Assembly (NCBI RefSeq): GCF_001194135.2
Contig: NC_069004.1
Location: 4,207,801-4,271,800, forward strand
Direction: 5' to 3'
Length of the DNA: 64,000 nucleotides
Origin: Octopus bimaculoides
Taxonomy: Eukaryota
Shown: positions 1 through 13,043 of the stretch, in pieces
Position numbering within the stretch: position 1 is the stretch's first letter
How the letters are laid out: every line of letters begins with the position of its first letter
The notes under the pieces: generated by a model
Told to the model about the DNA's origin: nothing
What the model saw: only the letters and a program-made list of their open reading frames with translations
Databases searched by the model: none
Program-made: the position numbers and the translations under genes

Positions 1-399
1 GCGTGCGTATATGTAATTGTACATGTATATAATATATACACTAATATATAATGCCAAAAACCTGGCCATCATTCGCGAGCGAGTGGAATGTAGAAGCAAT
101 AAGTCTATACATACATACTTACATACATACATGCATAAATACATAGAAACATACATACATGCATACATACATACTTACATGCATACATGCATAAATATCC
201 AAACAGCTTAAATGTACCAGTCTCCGATATCCAAGTGGCTAAGAACTATCAGCAGAAGGACACCCTGGAATCATGACCTGTATGTGGCGCGGGCCGCATG
301 CAGATGTAAGAATTTAAGAGCCGAAACAATTGCCTGAGCAGGGTTTCTTCTCTGAAGATTTTCTGTTGTTCAGCTCTGTTGAGAGTTTCTTGTTTCTAG

Positions 400-1130
400 A
401 GTAATCGGAGAAAATTAACTTCAATAATCAACCAAATTACATTAATTTAGCACCTGTATAGTAAAGGATAGCTTTCCATAGATCTGAAAATCATGCTAGT
501 CACAGACAATGTTGAAATGTGCGTATATATGTATGGAGCAATCTCATCAAACACACTGCAGTAATTTAACACTTATAAAATAAAATATAGTGTTTTATAG
601 TTTCTTTGTTCCGAAAAATATACTGTTCATAGAACTGTGTGTGGATATATGTACATCATTCGGAGATAATTAGTGTTATTTATTAACGTAACTACACTAA
701 TTTAACAACTATTTAGAATATAATATTCTCACTGTCCTGAAAAGTATGCTGGTGAGAAAAAATCCTAAACGGAGTATGTATCGTATTCGGAGATAATTAA
801 CCTTTTTGGCAACCAAGTCACGCTATTTTAACACCTATATAGTATAAGATAGCATTTCATTGTACCAAAATGTATGCTAAGAGAGAGACAATCTTGAAAT
901 GTGTGCGTACATAACTATAGCATTCAGAGAAACTGGTGTTATTCATGAACCAAACTACAATAATTCAACGGCTATGTAATGTAAAATAGAGTTTCAGTGT
1001 TCTGTAAAATATGATAGTGGTAGACAATCTTCAACTATGTGTGTGCATATGTGCAGAGCAGTTGAAAAAATGAATGTTATTTATCAACCTAAGCATACTA
1101 ACTTAGTATCACCTATATTTACTATATTTT
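400..1130. repeat. Degenerate tandem repeat, ~130-bp unit, ~6 copies
   Basis: Unit anchors cggagaaaattaac (406), ggagcaatct (~535), cggagataattag (661), cggagataattaac (788), cagagaaactgg (925) and cagagcagttg (~1054). Shared internal motifs include taatttaacacctatatag, aaaaxtatgct and acaatcttgaaatgtg. Confidence 0.75.
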
Positions 1131-1976
1131 TAGCGTGGCTTATTGTCATCTTTATCACGTCATTATTAACATGTTGCTATATTATATCCTCTGTCACCGC
1201 TATTGTGTTCACATTTCTAAAGACGTATTCTTGCTTCCTTTACCAAAGTGTCGTTGTCAGCATACTGTCTGTAATGATTGTGTGCTATTTTACTCTCAGA
1301 GCTTAATCTGCATACTGTATTAATAACACAATATAGAAAATATAAATAAAAAAAAATAATTATAATAATAAAATTTGTACAACGTTTTGTTGTTATGCCA
1401 AAATGACGGTTATTATTTATTCTTCTGTTGCTCATGTAGCTTTTTCTTTGTTGTTCTTGTTTTAGTTTCAGCGTGTTGTTGTTTTTTTTTATTTATTTAT
1501 TTTCTTTTTCATTTAATCTTGCAATCAATTTCGTTTTGAGAGGAATTTTGTGTGACAGAATCTATGTTCATAGCGGATATAATTATCGTTAGAATACTTT
1601 TGCAGATATTCCGTCTCAATTATCCTGAAATTACTCTATTCATATGCAAATGATCTATTTCGTTCATTTAACACCTCGTACTAATTTTTATATTAGTTTT
1701 TCTCAATTTTTTGATGTTGCCGTTGTTATTACTATTACTATTATTATTATCATCACCACAACCACTATTATTATCAATATTTTTATTATTATTATTTTCA
1801 TTATTTTTATAGACTTTTTGTTTTGTTCTGCTGTTTGAATCCTCCTTGTTCGTCTTCGTATTCAATTCTTTTCTTTTCAGTAGAAGAAAATAACCAGTTG
1901 TATAATAACCGATTATAAAAGCTCTCTTCTACTTCGTTGTTTTATTATTTTCTTACTTTTATATAGTTTTTCTTCC

Positions 1977-1977
<1 letters not shown>

Positions 1978-2054
<77 letters not shown>

Positions 2055-2070
2055 GTTGTTGTTGTTGTTA
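1978..2070. repeat. (ATT)n then (GTT)n microsatellite
   Basis: Direct reading of the sequence. Confidence 0.98.
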
Positions 2071-2412
2071 TCTTATTTTTCATTTCTATTTATTTATTTA
2101 TTTTTTGATAATTTGTTTGCGACACAAATCACACAATATCGTTAATTACAAGGCTGCTGCATATCGTAAGCAAGCACTGATAAACGCAGTAGAATCCCCC
2201 ACCACACAAAAAACAACAAAAAAACAAACAAAAACAAACAAAAAACAAAACAAAACAAAACAAAACAAGCAAACAAGCAACCAAACCAAAATGATAAATA
2301 TATATATATGTACAACATTTACACATCTTCAACTTTCTTAAGAGAAACTCACTCACGTACAGAAACTCGTACACAAATATCTGTCCATGTATTAACAATC
2401 ATCCATGTACGC

Positions 2413-2493
<81 letters not shown>

Positions 2494-2861
2494 AAAAGAG
2501 AAAATAGACAAATAGAAGCGTACACACATATATATACGCATATATAATGCAGTAATTGTATTGACTAGTAAGTCCAGTTAGTTCTTGCTTGTGCTTTTGG
2601 AGTTTTGCAGCAAATATCGAAATGTTATTATGGTTTTCTGCTATAGTCTAACAATGTATTCTTCATTGGTACATGCATTCAACATGTCTTCAAATGGATA
2701 TAAATATTTTCGAAGTTTCTTCTACACACATGGATATATTTAAAACCAACTCGAAATAGCTACCAAAGACGTTCACCTGGATGAATGAATGATCTACATA
2801 GAAGGCATCTAGAGTCACGAGAGAAAATGAATTCAGCTTAACACGACAGTATAAGCACGCA

Positions 2862-2892
<31 letters not shown>

Positions 2893-2979
2893 GAAGGAAA
2901 GGTGAGCATTCAATACGGTTTTGAATTCTTTATCTCCCAATCAGAGTTCCATGTCAATATGTGTAAATGCACAAAGACA

Positions 2980-3089
2980 GTGAGGTGGAAGAATCGCTAG
3001 CATGCCGGACAAAATATTTAGAGGGATATCGTCCGTCTTTAAGTTGTGAGTTCAAATGCAGTCGTGGTCAGCTTTGCCTTTCCTCATGT
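2980..3089 (+). mobile_element. SINE-like family A, diverged 5' portion, cut by gap
   Basis: gtgaggtggaagaatcgctagcatgccggacaaaat...gagttcaaatgcagtcgtggtcagctttgcctttc aligns by eye to the copies at 46513 and 59243. Confidence 0.7.
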
Positions 3090-3561
3090 NNNNNNNNNNN
3101 NNNNNNNNNNNNNNNNNNNNNNNNNNNNNNNNNNNNNNNNNNNNNNNNNNNNNNNNNNNNNNNNNNNNNNNNNNNNNNNNNNNNNNNNNNNNNNNNNNNN
3201 NNNNNNNNNNNNNNNNNNNNNNNNNNNNNNNNNNNNNNNNNNNNNNNNNNNNNNNNNNNNNNNNNNNNNNNNNNNNNNNNNNNNNNNNNNNNNNNNNNNN
3301 NNNNNNNNNNNNNNNNNNNNNNNNNNNNNNNNNNNNNNNNNNNNNNNNNNNNNNNNNNNNNNNNNNNNNNNNNNNNNNNNNNNNNNNNNNNNNNNNNNNN
3401 NNNNNNNNNNNATCGACACTAGGTAGTTGAGTTTATTTTTCTTTTGAAGTCTGACACTTATTCCATCGTTAAATTTTACCGAAATGCTAGGTTATATGGA
3501 CGTAAGTAAACCAATGCTGGTTGTCAAGCGGTGGATGGAGGACAAACAGAAAAATAAAACA

Positions 3562-3608
<47 letters not shown>

Positions 3609-3649
3609 ACACACTCACACACTTACACATATACATATACACTTGTATA

Positions 3650-3794
3650 CAGAGAGAGGCTTACACACAATTTCTGCCTACCAAATCCATTGTGAACGTT
3701 TTGATCACCCCGGGGTTTTAGTAGATGACACTTGCTCAAAGTGCACCGCAACAGGACTGAACTCGGAACATCCCTTTCAACCACACAGCCATGC
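3650..3794 (-). mobile_element. SINE-like family B, 5' half, diverged
   Basis: ctaccaaatccat...gtagatgacacttgctcaaagtgc...caaccacacagccatgc is the reverse complement of the head of the full copy at 57318. Confidence 0.7.
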
Positions 3795-4801
3795 AGGTTA
3801 AAACAAAACAAAGCAAATTATTTAAATATATTGATACTTACCATTTAAATATTATAACAACAATGCTTATATATTTTTCTCGTTTGCTAAAATCGATTTA
3901 TAAAATGTTCTTAAAACTATGTAAATATCTCCCCCTATATTTTCATAATTATATCTTATTCTTGGTATATGAATATTTGTTGTTTATTTTTATACGCGCG
4001 ATTCTCATCGTTTGCTATTGTTTTTCTTTTTTTTTTTATCGGTTTTCAGAGTTTTATAATTTGGTTCTATTCTAATAATCAAAAGCCAATAAATAGTTAT
4101 AAATATTTATTTCGAGGATTTATCTATTCGAAGATGCCACCTTTCGAAATCAACCATAGAAAATATAAAGCGATAGCTAACGCAATATAGTCGCAAACAT
4201 TATCAAAACTTCGACAAAAACTAAAAGTCTAAACACCAATGAACATTATATTCTGATACACTGAGCAACAGGTTTCTACTATGCTTGGGGAAAGGAACTT
4301 AGACACTTATTTAAAGGGACATGGAAAGGTGTCATGCTTATTTATTACGGATGAATGGACACTTGGGAAACCATATATTCCTGCCTTGAAAAAGTTATTT
4401 TCTTTTGAAGCTATAAATTCTTCAAATGTTATGATTGCTTCTTTTTTTTTTGCATACATTTTGTTACGGATGTAAAGCTCAGAATGGTGTGAAAATGACA
4501 AATCTGGAGAATGAGCCAATATTTCATAATTAGGCTTTCGTAATTATGGTTTGATCTGATTTTCAGTATGCGATCTGGCATTGTCATGCAGGATTATCGA
4601 CTCTTGTCTGTGTGTCAATGCCGGATGTTTCCCAGCTAATTTGGAATTCATTCCCTCAATTTGCTGGCGGCAAGATTGGGATGTTAGTGTTCCTCATGGC
4701 TATAGAAACGAATTATGGACAATTCCTAGACAGTAACACCAAGCAGTAACTATTACAGACGAGAAAGTAATATTTCGAACGCAGTAGAGACGTAAAAACA
4801 G

Positions 4802-5014
4802 CAGAATGATTGCGCATTTACCCTTATATGACAGAAGAAAGAAGTTGCAAGTAAACAGCAAAATGTATTTAGCGATTAATTTGGCGAGGTTTCGGTCAGT
4901 TTAGCTAAATGGTAGCGTAATCAGCTTGTATTTGGTAGGTGTGGGTTGGTGTCCTATGGCTGTCTACCAGTAACTTTATCCCGTCATATAAGGGCAAAAG
5001 ACCCAATCTTTCTG
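4802..5014. mobile_element. MITE-like element with ~40-bp imperfect terminal inverted repeats
   Basis: Left arm cagaatgattgcgcatttacccttatatgacag versus the reverse complement of the right arm, cagaaagattgggtcttttgcccttatatgacgg. The right arm ends 3 bp before a gap. Confidence 0.55.
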
Positions 5015-5771
5015 ATANNNNNNNNNNNNNNNNNNNNNNNNNNNNNNNNNNNNNNNNNNNNNNNNNNNNNNNNNNNNNNNNNNNNNNNNNNNNNNNNNNN
5101 NNNNNNNNNNNNNNNNNNNNNNNNNNNNNNNNNNNNNNNNNNNNNNNNNNNNNNNNNNNNNNNNNNNNNNNNNNNNNNNNNNNNNNNNNNNNNNNNNNNN
5201 NNNNNNNNNNNNNNNNNNNNNNNNNNNNNNNNNNNNNNNNNNNNNNNNNNNNNNNNNNNNNNNNNNNNNNNNNNNNNNNNNNNNNNNNNNNNNNNNNNNN
5301 NNNNNNNNNNNNNNNNNNNNNNNNNNNNNNNNNNNNNNNNNNNNNNNNNNNNNNNNNNNNNNNNNNNNNNNNNNNNNNNNNNNNNNNNNNNNNNNNNNNN
5401 NNNNNNNNNNNNNNNNNNNNNNNNNNNNNNNNNNNNNNNNNNNNNNNNNNNNNNNNNNNNNNNNNNNNNNNNNNNNNNNNNNNNNNNNNNNNNNNNNNNN
5501 NNNNNNNNNNNNNNNNNNNNNNNNNNNNNNNNNNNNNNNNNNNNNNNNNNNNNNNNNNNNNNNNNNNNNNNNNNNNNNNNNNNNNNNNNNNNNNNNNNNN
5601 NNNNNNNNNNNNNNNNNNNNNNNNNNNNNNNNNNNNNNNNNNNNNNNNNNNNNNNNNNNNNNNNNNNNNNNNNNNNNNNNNNNNNNNNNNNNNNNNNNNN
5701 NNNNNNNNTATATACACATATATGTTCTTATATACATATACATACATACATACATACATACATACACACAC

Positions 5772-5806
<35 letters not shown>

Positions 5807-6666
5807 TTACTGTAATTTAATGACTTGGAGTAATGAAGATGACGTAATTAAATTTCATAGTTCGAAGAATGACATAGCTTCTAATGTTAAAAGAAGCAGC
5901 TAGTATTATCGGGAATACAATGTTTGATTGGAGCTCTATCCTGCATAGATGCGGCTACACGATAATGACGTGAGAAGTAAAGCACTGACTAACAGATAGA
6001 ATTATTTTAAACCGTCAACGGAAGTATAATTATATAAATATATGGGATGCTAACTGCAAAGAATTTAAGAAAATAAATATTACGGATTTAATAATATAAA
6101 CTTCGGAAGAAAAATATAATCCTATCACATTATGGCATAGCTACATAAAAGATAAGTCAAATACAATATCATGTAAATAATGACATGTTTGATGTATTTA
6201 TAGCATTCTCACAAGGATCTAGCCAAGAACACAGAAACGCTTTTAAAATTCGTGTTGTTATATGATGTTCTCCTTTCCGGAATTTCTTTCTGTTTTAGTT
6301 GGGAATGATTGGCGAATAGTAATCCTTTGCCTCTGCCGTGTCCAGTAACATGTTTTTCCTGTCATTTGCAAATGCTTCGTTTTATTTACTATACTCCATT
6401 TAATTTCGTAGGGTGTATTGTTGTGCTCTAGTCACCATATATAAACAGACAACGTCGCAGCCTTCCTCCTTCATGAGTTTCACGCAGAGTCCTATTCGCT
6501 GATGTCAAAGTACTTTAAACTTGTTAGCAGTTTACTCGTAAACTTCACTAGCAATCTTTGTTATTGGGGTTTTGCGAAGCGTTATATATACTCTGGTCTT
6601 AGATTCATAATTCTATATTTCTGAGCTGAGGAGTCAAAATGAAAACACCACTCCGAGTAATATATA

Positions 6667-6765
6667 AGATAAATAGGTACCAGCTGTGCACTGGAGTCGA
6701 TATAATCGACTTCCCCTTCCCCCAAATTTCTGGCCTTGTGCCAAAATCTGAAACCAATAATTAGG
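6667..6765 (+). mobile_element. SINE-like family A, 3' portion
   Basis: gataaataggtaccagctgtgcactggagtcgatataatcgact...aaatttctggccttgtgccaaaa matches the 3' end of the 46513 copy (gataaattaagtacc...aaatttcagaccttgtgcc). Confidence 0.7.
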
Positions 6766-7404
6766 CTAAACTAGAAACTGAACTATATCATTACTCGATC
6801 CTCATTAAGTAATTAAGGATTTATTTAAGTAATATAAGTTGATATTAGGTAAATCCTTAATCAAAGTGCTAATTAATTGGCAAGCAAATCAATTATTTAT
6901 TTACTTAAGCTACTTAATTAAATTAATTGATCTGCTTATGCAATAACATCGCATGATAGAGAGGTCGAAGGAAGTATCACCATGAGCAACCATGAATAGC
7001 TGTTAGTTTGAAACAGGAGTATAAGCTGCAATAGTTTCTAACTGTACATCATCCAAAATCTGTTAATTTTAGACTTAAAACATGCTAAATACACATCGAA
7101 CTTTTGTGATTGATATCCTACTAAAATAAACCAAATTTTGAAATGGAATTGATAGGGGGAGAGTGTCACTGAAGTATCATATAACTTAATGAAGTTGCTT
7201 AATTCAGTCAAAGAAATGAAACACACGCAAGGAATTTAAACAGTGTCTATTTCTTCGTTGCTTTAAGAGTTTTTCTTTCAAATCAAACAAGTCATCAGGA
7301 ATATCATATCTGGTGGAATTCTGCAAGGTAAGAATATTGTGGGGATATATATATGCATAAATATATGCTTACATACTTATATATACATATATATGTGTGT
7401 GTGT

Positions 7405-7572
7405 CTATACAACGGGATTCCACGCAGTTTCCTTCCCAGAAGTTATTCGTCGCTCCGGGGCTACAGTAGAAGGCACTCGTCTAAGGTGTCGCGAAGAAGA
7501 CACTCGTGTAAATTGGCTGAAATCACGTGGCTGCAAAGCAATATTCTAAACCATACAACCACGCCTGTGCCT
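7405..7572 (-). mobile_element. SINE-like family B, 5' half, strongly diverged
   Basis: ctacagtagaaggcactcgtctaaggtg...aaccatacaaccacgcctgtgcc resembles the reverse complement of the family B head. Confidence 0.55.
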
Positions 7573-7989
7573 AGAAAGAAAAATAAATGAATATGTAAAT
7601 AAAAAGAAATAACTCAGTATTATATAAGCAGGTAGGTTTACAATCAATTACGAAACTGGCAATAAATATGAATGACCAGACGTTTGAATTTGGGGAATAA
7701 TTCACTTTAATTTATTGGAGTTAAATCATGTTAAAACATATATCCGTCGTGCGTGATTGATCTCCTGCTAAAATGGAATAAATTCTGAAATAGAAATGGG
7801 GAGGGTGTCGGACGGAAGGTGGGAGAGGTTTGGAAATTTCAGTGGAAATATTCGGATGAACGACAGGAAGATAAAGTGATAGAGAGAAAGAATTGAAATT
7901 TATGCATATATGTGCAAATAGACGCATGCGCGTTGCACCCACACACTACATATAAATATACATACATACATGCATACATAAATAAATAA

Positions 7990-8022
<33 letters not shown>

Positions 8023-9440
8023 NNNNNNNNNNNNNNNNNNNNNNNNNNNNNNNNNNNNNNNNNNNNNNNNNNNNNNNNNNNNNNNNNNNNNNNNNNNNNN
8101 NNNNNNNNNNNNNNNNNNNNNNNNNNNNNNNNNNNNNNNNNNNNNNNNNNNNNNNNNNNNNNNNNNNNNNNNNNNNNNNNNNNNNNNNNNNNNNNNNNNN
8201 NNNNNNNNNNNNNNNNNNNNNNNNNNNNNNNNNNNNNNNNNNNNNNNNNNNNNNNNNNNNNNNNNNNNNNNNNNNNNNNNNNNNNNNNNNNNNNNNNNNN
8301 NNNNNNNNNNNNNNNNNNNNNNNNNNNNNNNNNNNNNNNNNNNNNNNNNNNNNNNNNNNNNNNNNNNNNNNNNNNNNNNNNNNNNNNNNNNNNNNNNNNN
8401 NNNNNNNNNNNNNNNNNNNNNNNNNNNNNNNNNNNNNNNNNNNNNNNNNNNNNNNNNNNNNNNNNNNNNNNNNNNNNNNNNNNNNNNNNNNNNNNNNNNN
8501 NNNNNNNNNNNNNNNNNNNNNNNNNNNNNNNNNNNNNNNNNNNNNNNNNNNNNNNNNTATATATATATATACATATATATTTAAATATACATATACACGT
8601 GTATATATATACGTGGGTTTGTGTGTGTATAATACAAGAAGATAGAGAGAACAGGTTTTAATCACAAATCACAACAATTGTTTCTGTGCAACAGTAACCG
8701 CTGTTAATTGGTATTTCACTTCTTACACATATTATATATATATATTACATAAATTTGATTCAGCAATAACTGTGTACTCGAACGTCATCAGGCTTGTTGC
8801 TTTGAGAGCACTGGTATTTCTGGTGCATATGGTAACCGACAATCTTAAGATGAACTTCGAACTGCTCGGTATGAGGTTATTACTCAGATGGTATTAAATA
8901 TGTTTGCATATATATATATATATGTGTGGAAAAACATATGTACAAACATTCAAGCAATTATGAGGAGCACATAACAAAACTTACGTAACTACAGATTGAA
9001 GTGGGGAAAAGTCGACAGGAATGAAAATGGAATAAATAGCTGCTTAATCAGTTACTAATAACATAAATAGTGATGCTAATGGACTGAGGCATTTAGGTAG
9101 GTTATAGACATTGTAACAAGATCAAAGGTCTTTATGTAGATGATTCAAATTTGTATGTATAGGATTTTAGCTGGAGACGTCTAATAGCTTTATATGTGTG
9201 CAAAGCCAGTTAAATACACAGTTTAGCTAAAATATGCAGTATTATTGATTGCAGTAACAGATTAGTTTGAAATAATTATGAGGTTGAAATATTTTATGGT
9301 AGATATGAATTAATTGTTTGAATACGTGCCTTAGCATTGGCATTCATAAATATATATGTTTGTGCATGCATTATGTAGACGCATATAAATTCCTGGCGTA
9401 TCTACATATCTGCTCGAAATCTTGTAAAGTNNNNNNNNNN

Positions 9441-9474
<34 letters not shown>

Positions 9475-9861
9475 TTATAGATATATACTATATATATGTA
9501 CATAATTATAAATTTATATGTATGCATGTATGTGTATGTGTGTGGGCATGTGCTGTGTATGTATATGTGTGCGTGTTTGTGTGTGTTTGTGTGTGTGCGT
9601 GTATGTGTGTAGGCATCCGCATAGCTCAAAAGAAAGTTATGCTCATACACTTGAATATTTCTATGTACTACCGCGTTCTGTACTCGAGTTTGAGTATATC
9701 ACTATTTTCATAAGTAGCGATGTCTATACAGGAGAGTGTGTCTCTGTGTGTAAATTTTATGTATCACTACATACACATACATGCATACACACACACTTAC
9801 GTACATATATACATGCATACATACAAACCTACATAAATATATAAGTATATAAGTATATAAG

Positions 9862-9940
<79 letters not shown>

Positions 9941-9944
<4 letters not shown>

Positions 9945-10014
9945 GATGGGAGTCTTCCAGTTTCTGACCACCAAATCCACTCACAAAGCCTTGGTAGGCC
10001 CGAGGCTAAAGTAG
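9941..10014 (-). mobile_element. SINE-like family B fragment abutting a (CA)n array
   Basis: atacgatgggagtcttccagtttctgaccaccaaatccactcacaaagccttggtaggcccgaggcta is the reverse complement of ~57405-57480. Confidence 0.8.
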
Positions 10015-11405
10015 CTATGGTAGCTATTTTCGTTTTTATTATGTAACCTTTTAATAAAATTACTTAAATAAGAGCAATTAAACTTACGTATGACTACCAA
10101 TTTCTTTGAAATTACAGTCTGAATAACTGAATTTGTTTTCTTTGTTCTAGAAAAGTTTCGTCCCTTTATACTGACTATGGACGTAGCTTAGTTTTGTGCA
10201 GCCGTAGCTCACTTTAATGGTATTTTTATTAAATGCTTTGTGATAGTTCCGGTCTGATTATTTCGCAATTTATTCCTGCTGCAATTTTTTTGTTGGATTA
10301 GTATTAGCAGTACTTTAGTCACATCATCCATTAGGTTTGTTTCAAAAAAAGAAAGAAAAAAACTCTTTTAAGTTTCAAGCTCTTGGTCCTACTACCATTT
10401 GATAATGGAACAGATAATGTTTTATCCTGGTTAGTGTGTGTCCAACCTTATATATTATATACCATAAGTCGTATATTAGATGTAGGTTGTGGTTATCTAA
10501 TGTTTTTATGCTCCTGCAAGCATTTCAACTGCTCCAGTTACCTTGCCATCATTCATTGACTTTATTGCCGTTTCTACTTCATCCTGTAAGACTTTGTTTC
10601 AATTCGGAGCTTCTAAATTGAGCTTAGACTCTCATCATCATAAAATATTGCGCATTCAATCCATATAGATCATATGGATGTAATCTGTTCAGGATCAAAC
10701 ACTACTTTTCCTTTTTCCTCCTTTATGTAACCACTTCGTTTGTGCATGCATTTTCTGTTTGTGATCTCACTTATTTTACCATAAATTTCTTTGGATTTAT
10801 GGTAGCTGTTAAGTTTTTCCTCTGGCTATTTCGATTTAGCTTTTCTACATTCCGAAACAGTTCTCTCTATTCCAGTATTTATACCTATATTGGTAATTAT
10901 TCTTTTTATTTTTGTGTTTTTGCTTCAGCTTGGATAGTATCTCCTCAGTCGTCCACTTTTTTCTTTTTTCTTTTTTCTTTTCCCATTCAGACAGTGTTGT
11001 CTTTAGTGATATTTAGGCGCATATTAAACTTGTGCTACATTTTCTTTAATTTGTTTTTTTTAATATAAAGTTCTTGTATTTAATTTGTGTTCTGTATTCG
11101 GTTTGAAAGATTGTGTTTTGAATTCGTGTGTAGAAACAGATTTTTTTTCTATTTCCGGAGGGTTATTATGGTAATTTTCCCACCCGACATTGCATTGACT
11201 GTAATTTCTTTCTCTTTGGTATATCTGATTGCGCTTTTAATTTGTTGGTAAGATCCATCGATCTATCGCTGTGTTCTTATGTAGGAGCATAAACTTGTGC
11301 ATACCTGTATAATGTTGATATTGAAAGGTTTTCCTTGTATTTTCCTTATTACTAGTGCATCTAAAATTTTCTGGCATCCAATTAATCGTTTTTATAGAAA
11401 AGTAG

Positions 11406-11545
11406 TGTTTAGCGCCACTTCAACATGGCTGTTCCGTTACTACCGTGTTTAATCTCTGGAGGACGCCTCCTCCAGCTGCTTATCCATGCAATCTGCACCC
11501 ACTATATATTGCAAGCAGGGAGCCATGTTGAAGTAGTGATAAACA
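11406..11545. mobile_element. 140-bp MITE-like element with 25-bp inverted termini and an internal hairpin
   Basis: tgtttagcgccacttcaacatggct (11406-11430) pairs with agccatgttgaagtagtgataaaca (11521-11545) at 21/25. An internal perfect hairpin reads ctggagga-cgcc-tcctccag. Confidence 0.55.
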
Positions 11546-11579
11546 TTAATTCTGAGTACAGTTATTCTTTTGTACTCTA

Positions 11580-11655
11580 GGTACGTTAATTTGCACGAGC
11601 GGGCTGTTCCGTTGACCGGATCAACTGGAACACTCGTCGTCGTAACCGACGGAGT
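11580..11655 (-). mobile_element. SINE-like family D, terminal fragment
   Basis: acgttaatttgcacgagcgggctgttccgttgaccggatcaactggaacactcgtcgtcgtaaccgacggagt matches ~26775-26846. Confidence 0.8.
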
Positions 11656-11818
11656 GCCAACAAATACAACTTTGCTTGTTTATATCGCGTTCTTTTTATT
11701 ATGCTTTTTTTCATCCGCTTTCTACATTATTTTCCTACCAGAATACATTATTATGTGACTTTTCCATTATAATTTTAGCATCAACTGCACATTTATTTTA
11801 GAATATTTCCACGATTCA

Positions 11819-11855
<37 letters not shown>

Positions 11856-12086
11856 GTTCAGTAGTTTTATTTTTATAATGTGCTTTCACTTCACTACCGA
11901 GCGCAGCTCTGTGCGCCTTGGGTATGTGCTGTGGTTTGCTGTGGTGCTCTTATGTTTACTGTATTGAAAGTGTTTTGCGTAGAATGTGTGCAGTACCCAG
12001 TAGTGCAATTTTCTGTATGTTATATATATTTGTAAGTCCTGGTGTTTTTGTTATGTATTTGTCTGAATATTTTTTTATTATACCTA
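11856..12086 (-). mobile_element. R4/Dong-like non-LTR retrotransposon, 5'-truncated 3' end (subfamily 1), inside an (ATT)n array
   Basis: The minus strand encodes KYSDKYITKTPGLTNIYNIQKIALLGTAHILRKTLSIQ* plus a 3' UTR. It overlaps the 54646 fragment and has (ATT)n on both sides. Confidence 0.85.
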
Positions 12087-12088
12087 TA

Positions 12089-12134
<46 letters not shown>

Positions 12135-12159
12135 CGACATAATATTCACGGGAGGGTCA

Positions 12160-12215
12160 AGGCGGCGCACTGGCAGACATGTTAACGCGCCGCGAGCTGG
12201 CAGAGACGTTAGAAA
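12160..12215 (+). mobile_element. Two tandem family A SINE heads
   Basis: ggcggcgcactggcagacatgttaacgcgc followed by cgcgagctggcagagacgttagaaac; compare ggtgagctggaagaatcattattgcac at 59243. Confidence 0.55.
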
Positions 12216-13011
12216 CAATTGTTTCTCATATGCACATAATCCTTCTCACAATGCAACATTTCATTGATGTCATTCGTCTCCTACATACCGCCATTGCAAT
12301 TGTTCACTACATCCCTTGTTTATACATGTATATTTTCCTGACGTCATTGTTTTAGCTGGGTTGTCAGCAATATTTCATCATTCGCACAATGCATCACATT
12401 ACCATTGAGCCACCTGTGGAGACCATTTCAGTCATTAGTTTTTATATCTATTTTTCGGAAATTAATCTCCCCCTCCTACTCTCTCATTCTCGCTGTTTTT
12501 CCGTTCATCTTCTCCCCCATCCTGTTATATATTCTTTTTCATTCATTCTCGACAATATTCACCTACTCGACCAGAACGCTATTCCGTTATTCTCTTCCTC
12601 TGTCGTTATCCAAGCAATCATTTGTACTTTTGTTGGGGATATCTACTATTCTTCGACATATAATTCATCTCCCATTTTCTCTCTCTCTCACACCCTTTCC
12701 CAATCAAACCTCTCTCTCTTTCTCTCTCTCACACAACATCAGTCCTTCTATACCAGAAACTCTTATTATCTGTTCAATCTATAAATGACTCTGTCTCTTA
12801 TACTCTTATAGTCTCACAATATACTTTTGTATTTATGTCTCTCTGTGGAAAACAAGAAAAGAAATAAAAGAGAAAAATACTCATTTCTGTTCGTTAGCCA
12901 TTAGTTCGATGTTATTTCTGATATTTTTTCTTTCTTCCTAGACCTGTATTTCTCCTATAATAGTTAAATACTATTACACCTTTCGTATAGAACGCCACTT
13001 TTTATCGCCGC

Positions 13012-13043
<32 letters not shown>

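Noticed and set aside
6300-6480. CCAAT-like (gattgg), atttgcaaat and tatataaa motifs suggesting a Pol II promoter
   Set aside because: These are short motifs expected by chance in AT-rich DNA, and no downstream exon or ORF was found.
7283-7335. Possible micro-exon ending in AAG|gtaaga
   Set aside because: The donor is good but the acceptor is weak, and no partner exons are identifiable.
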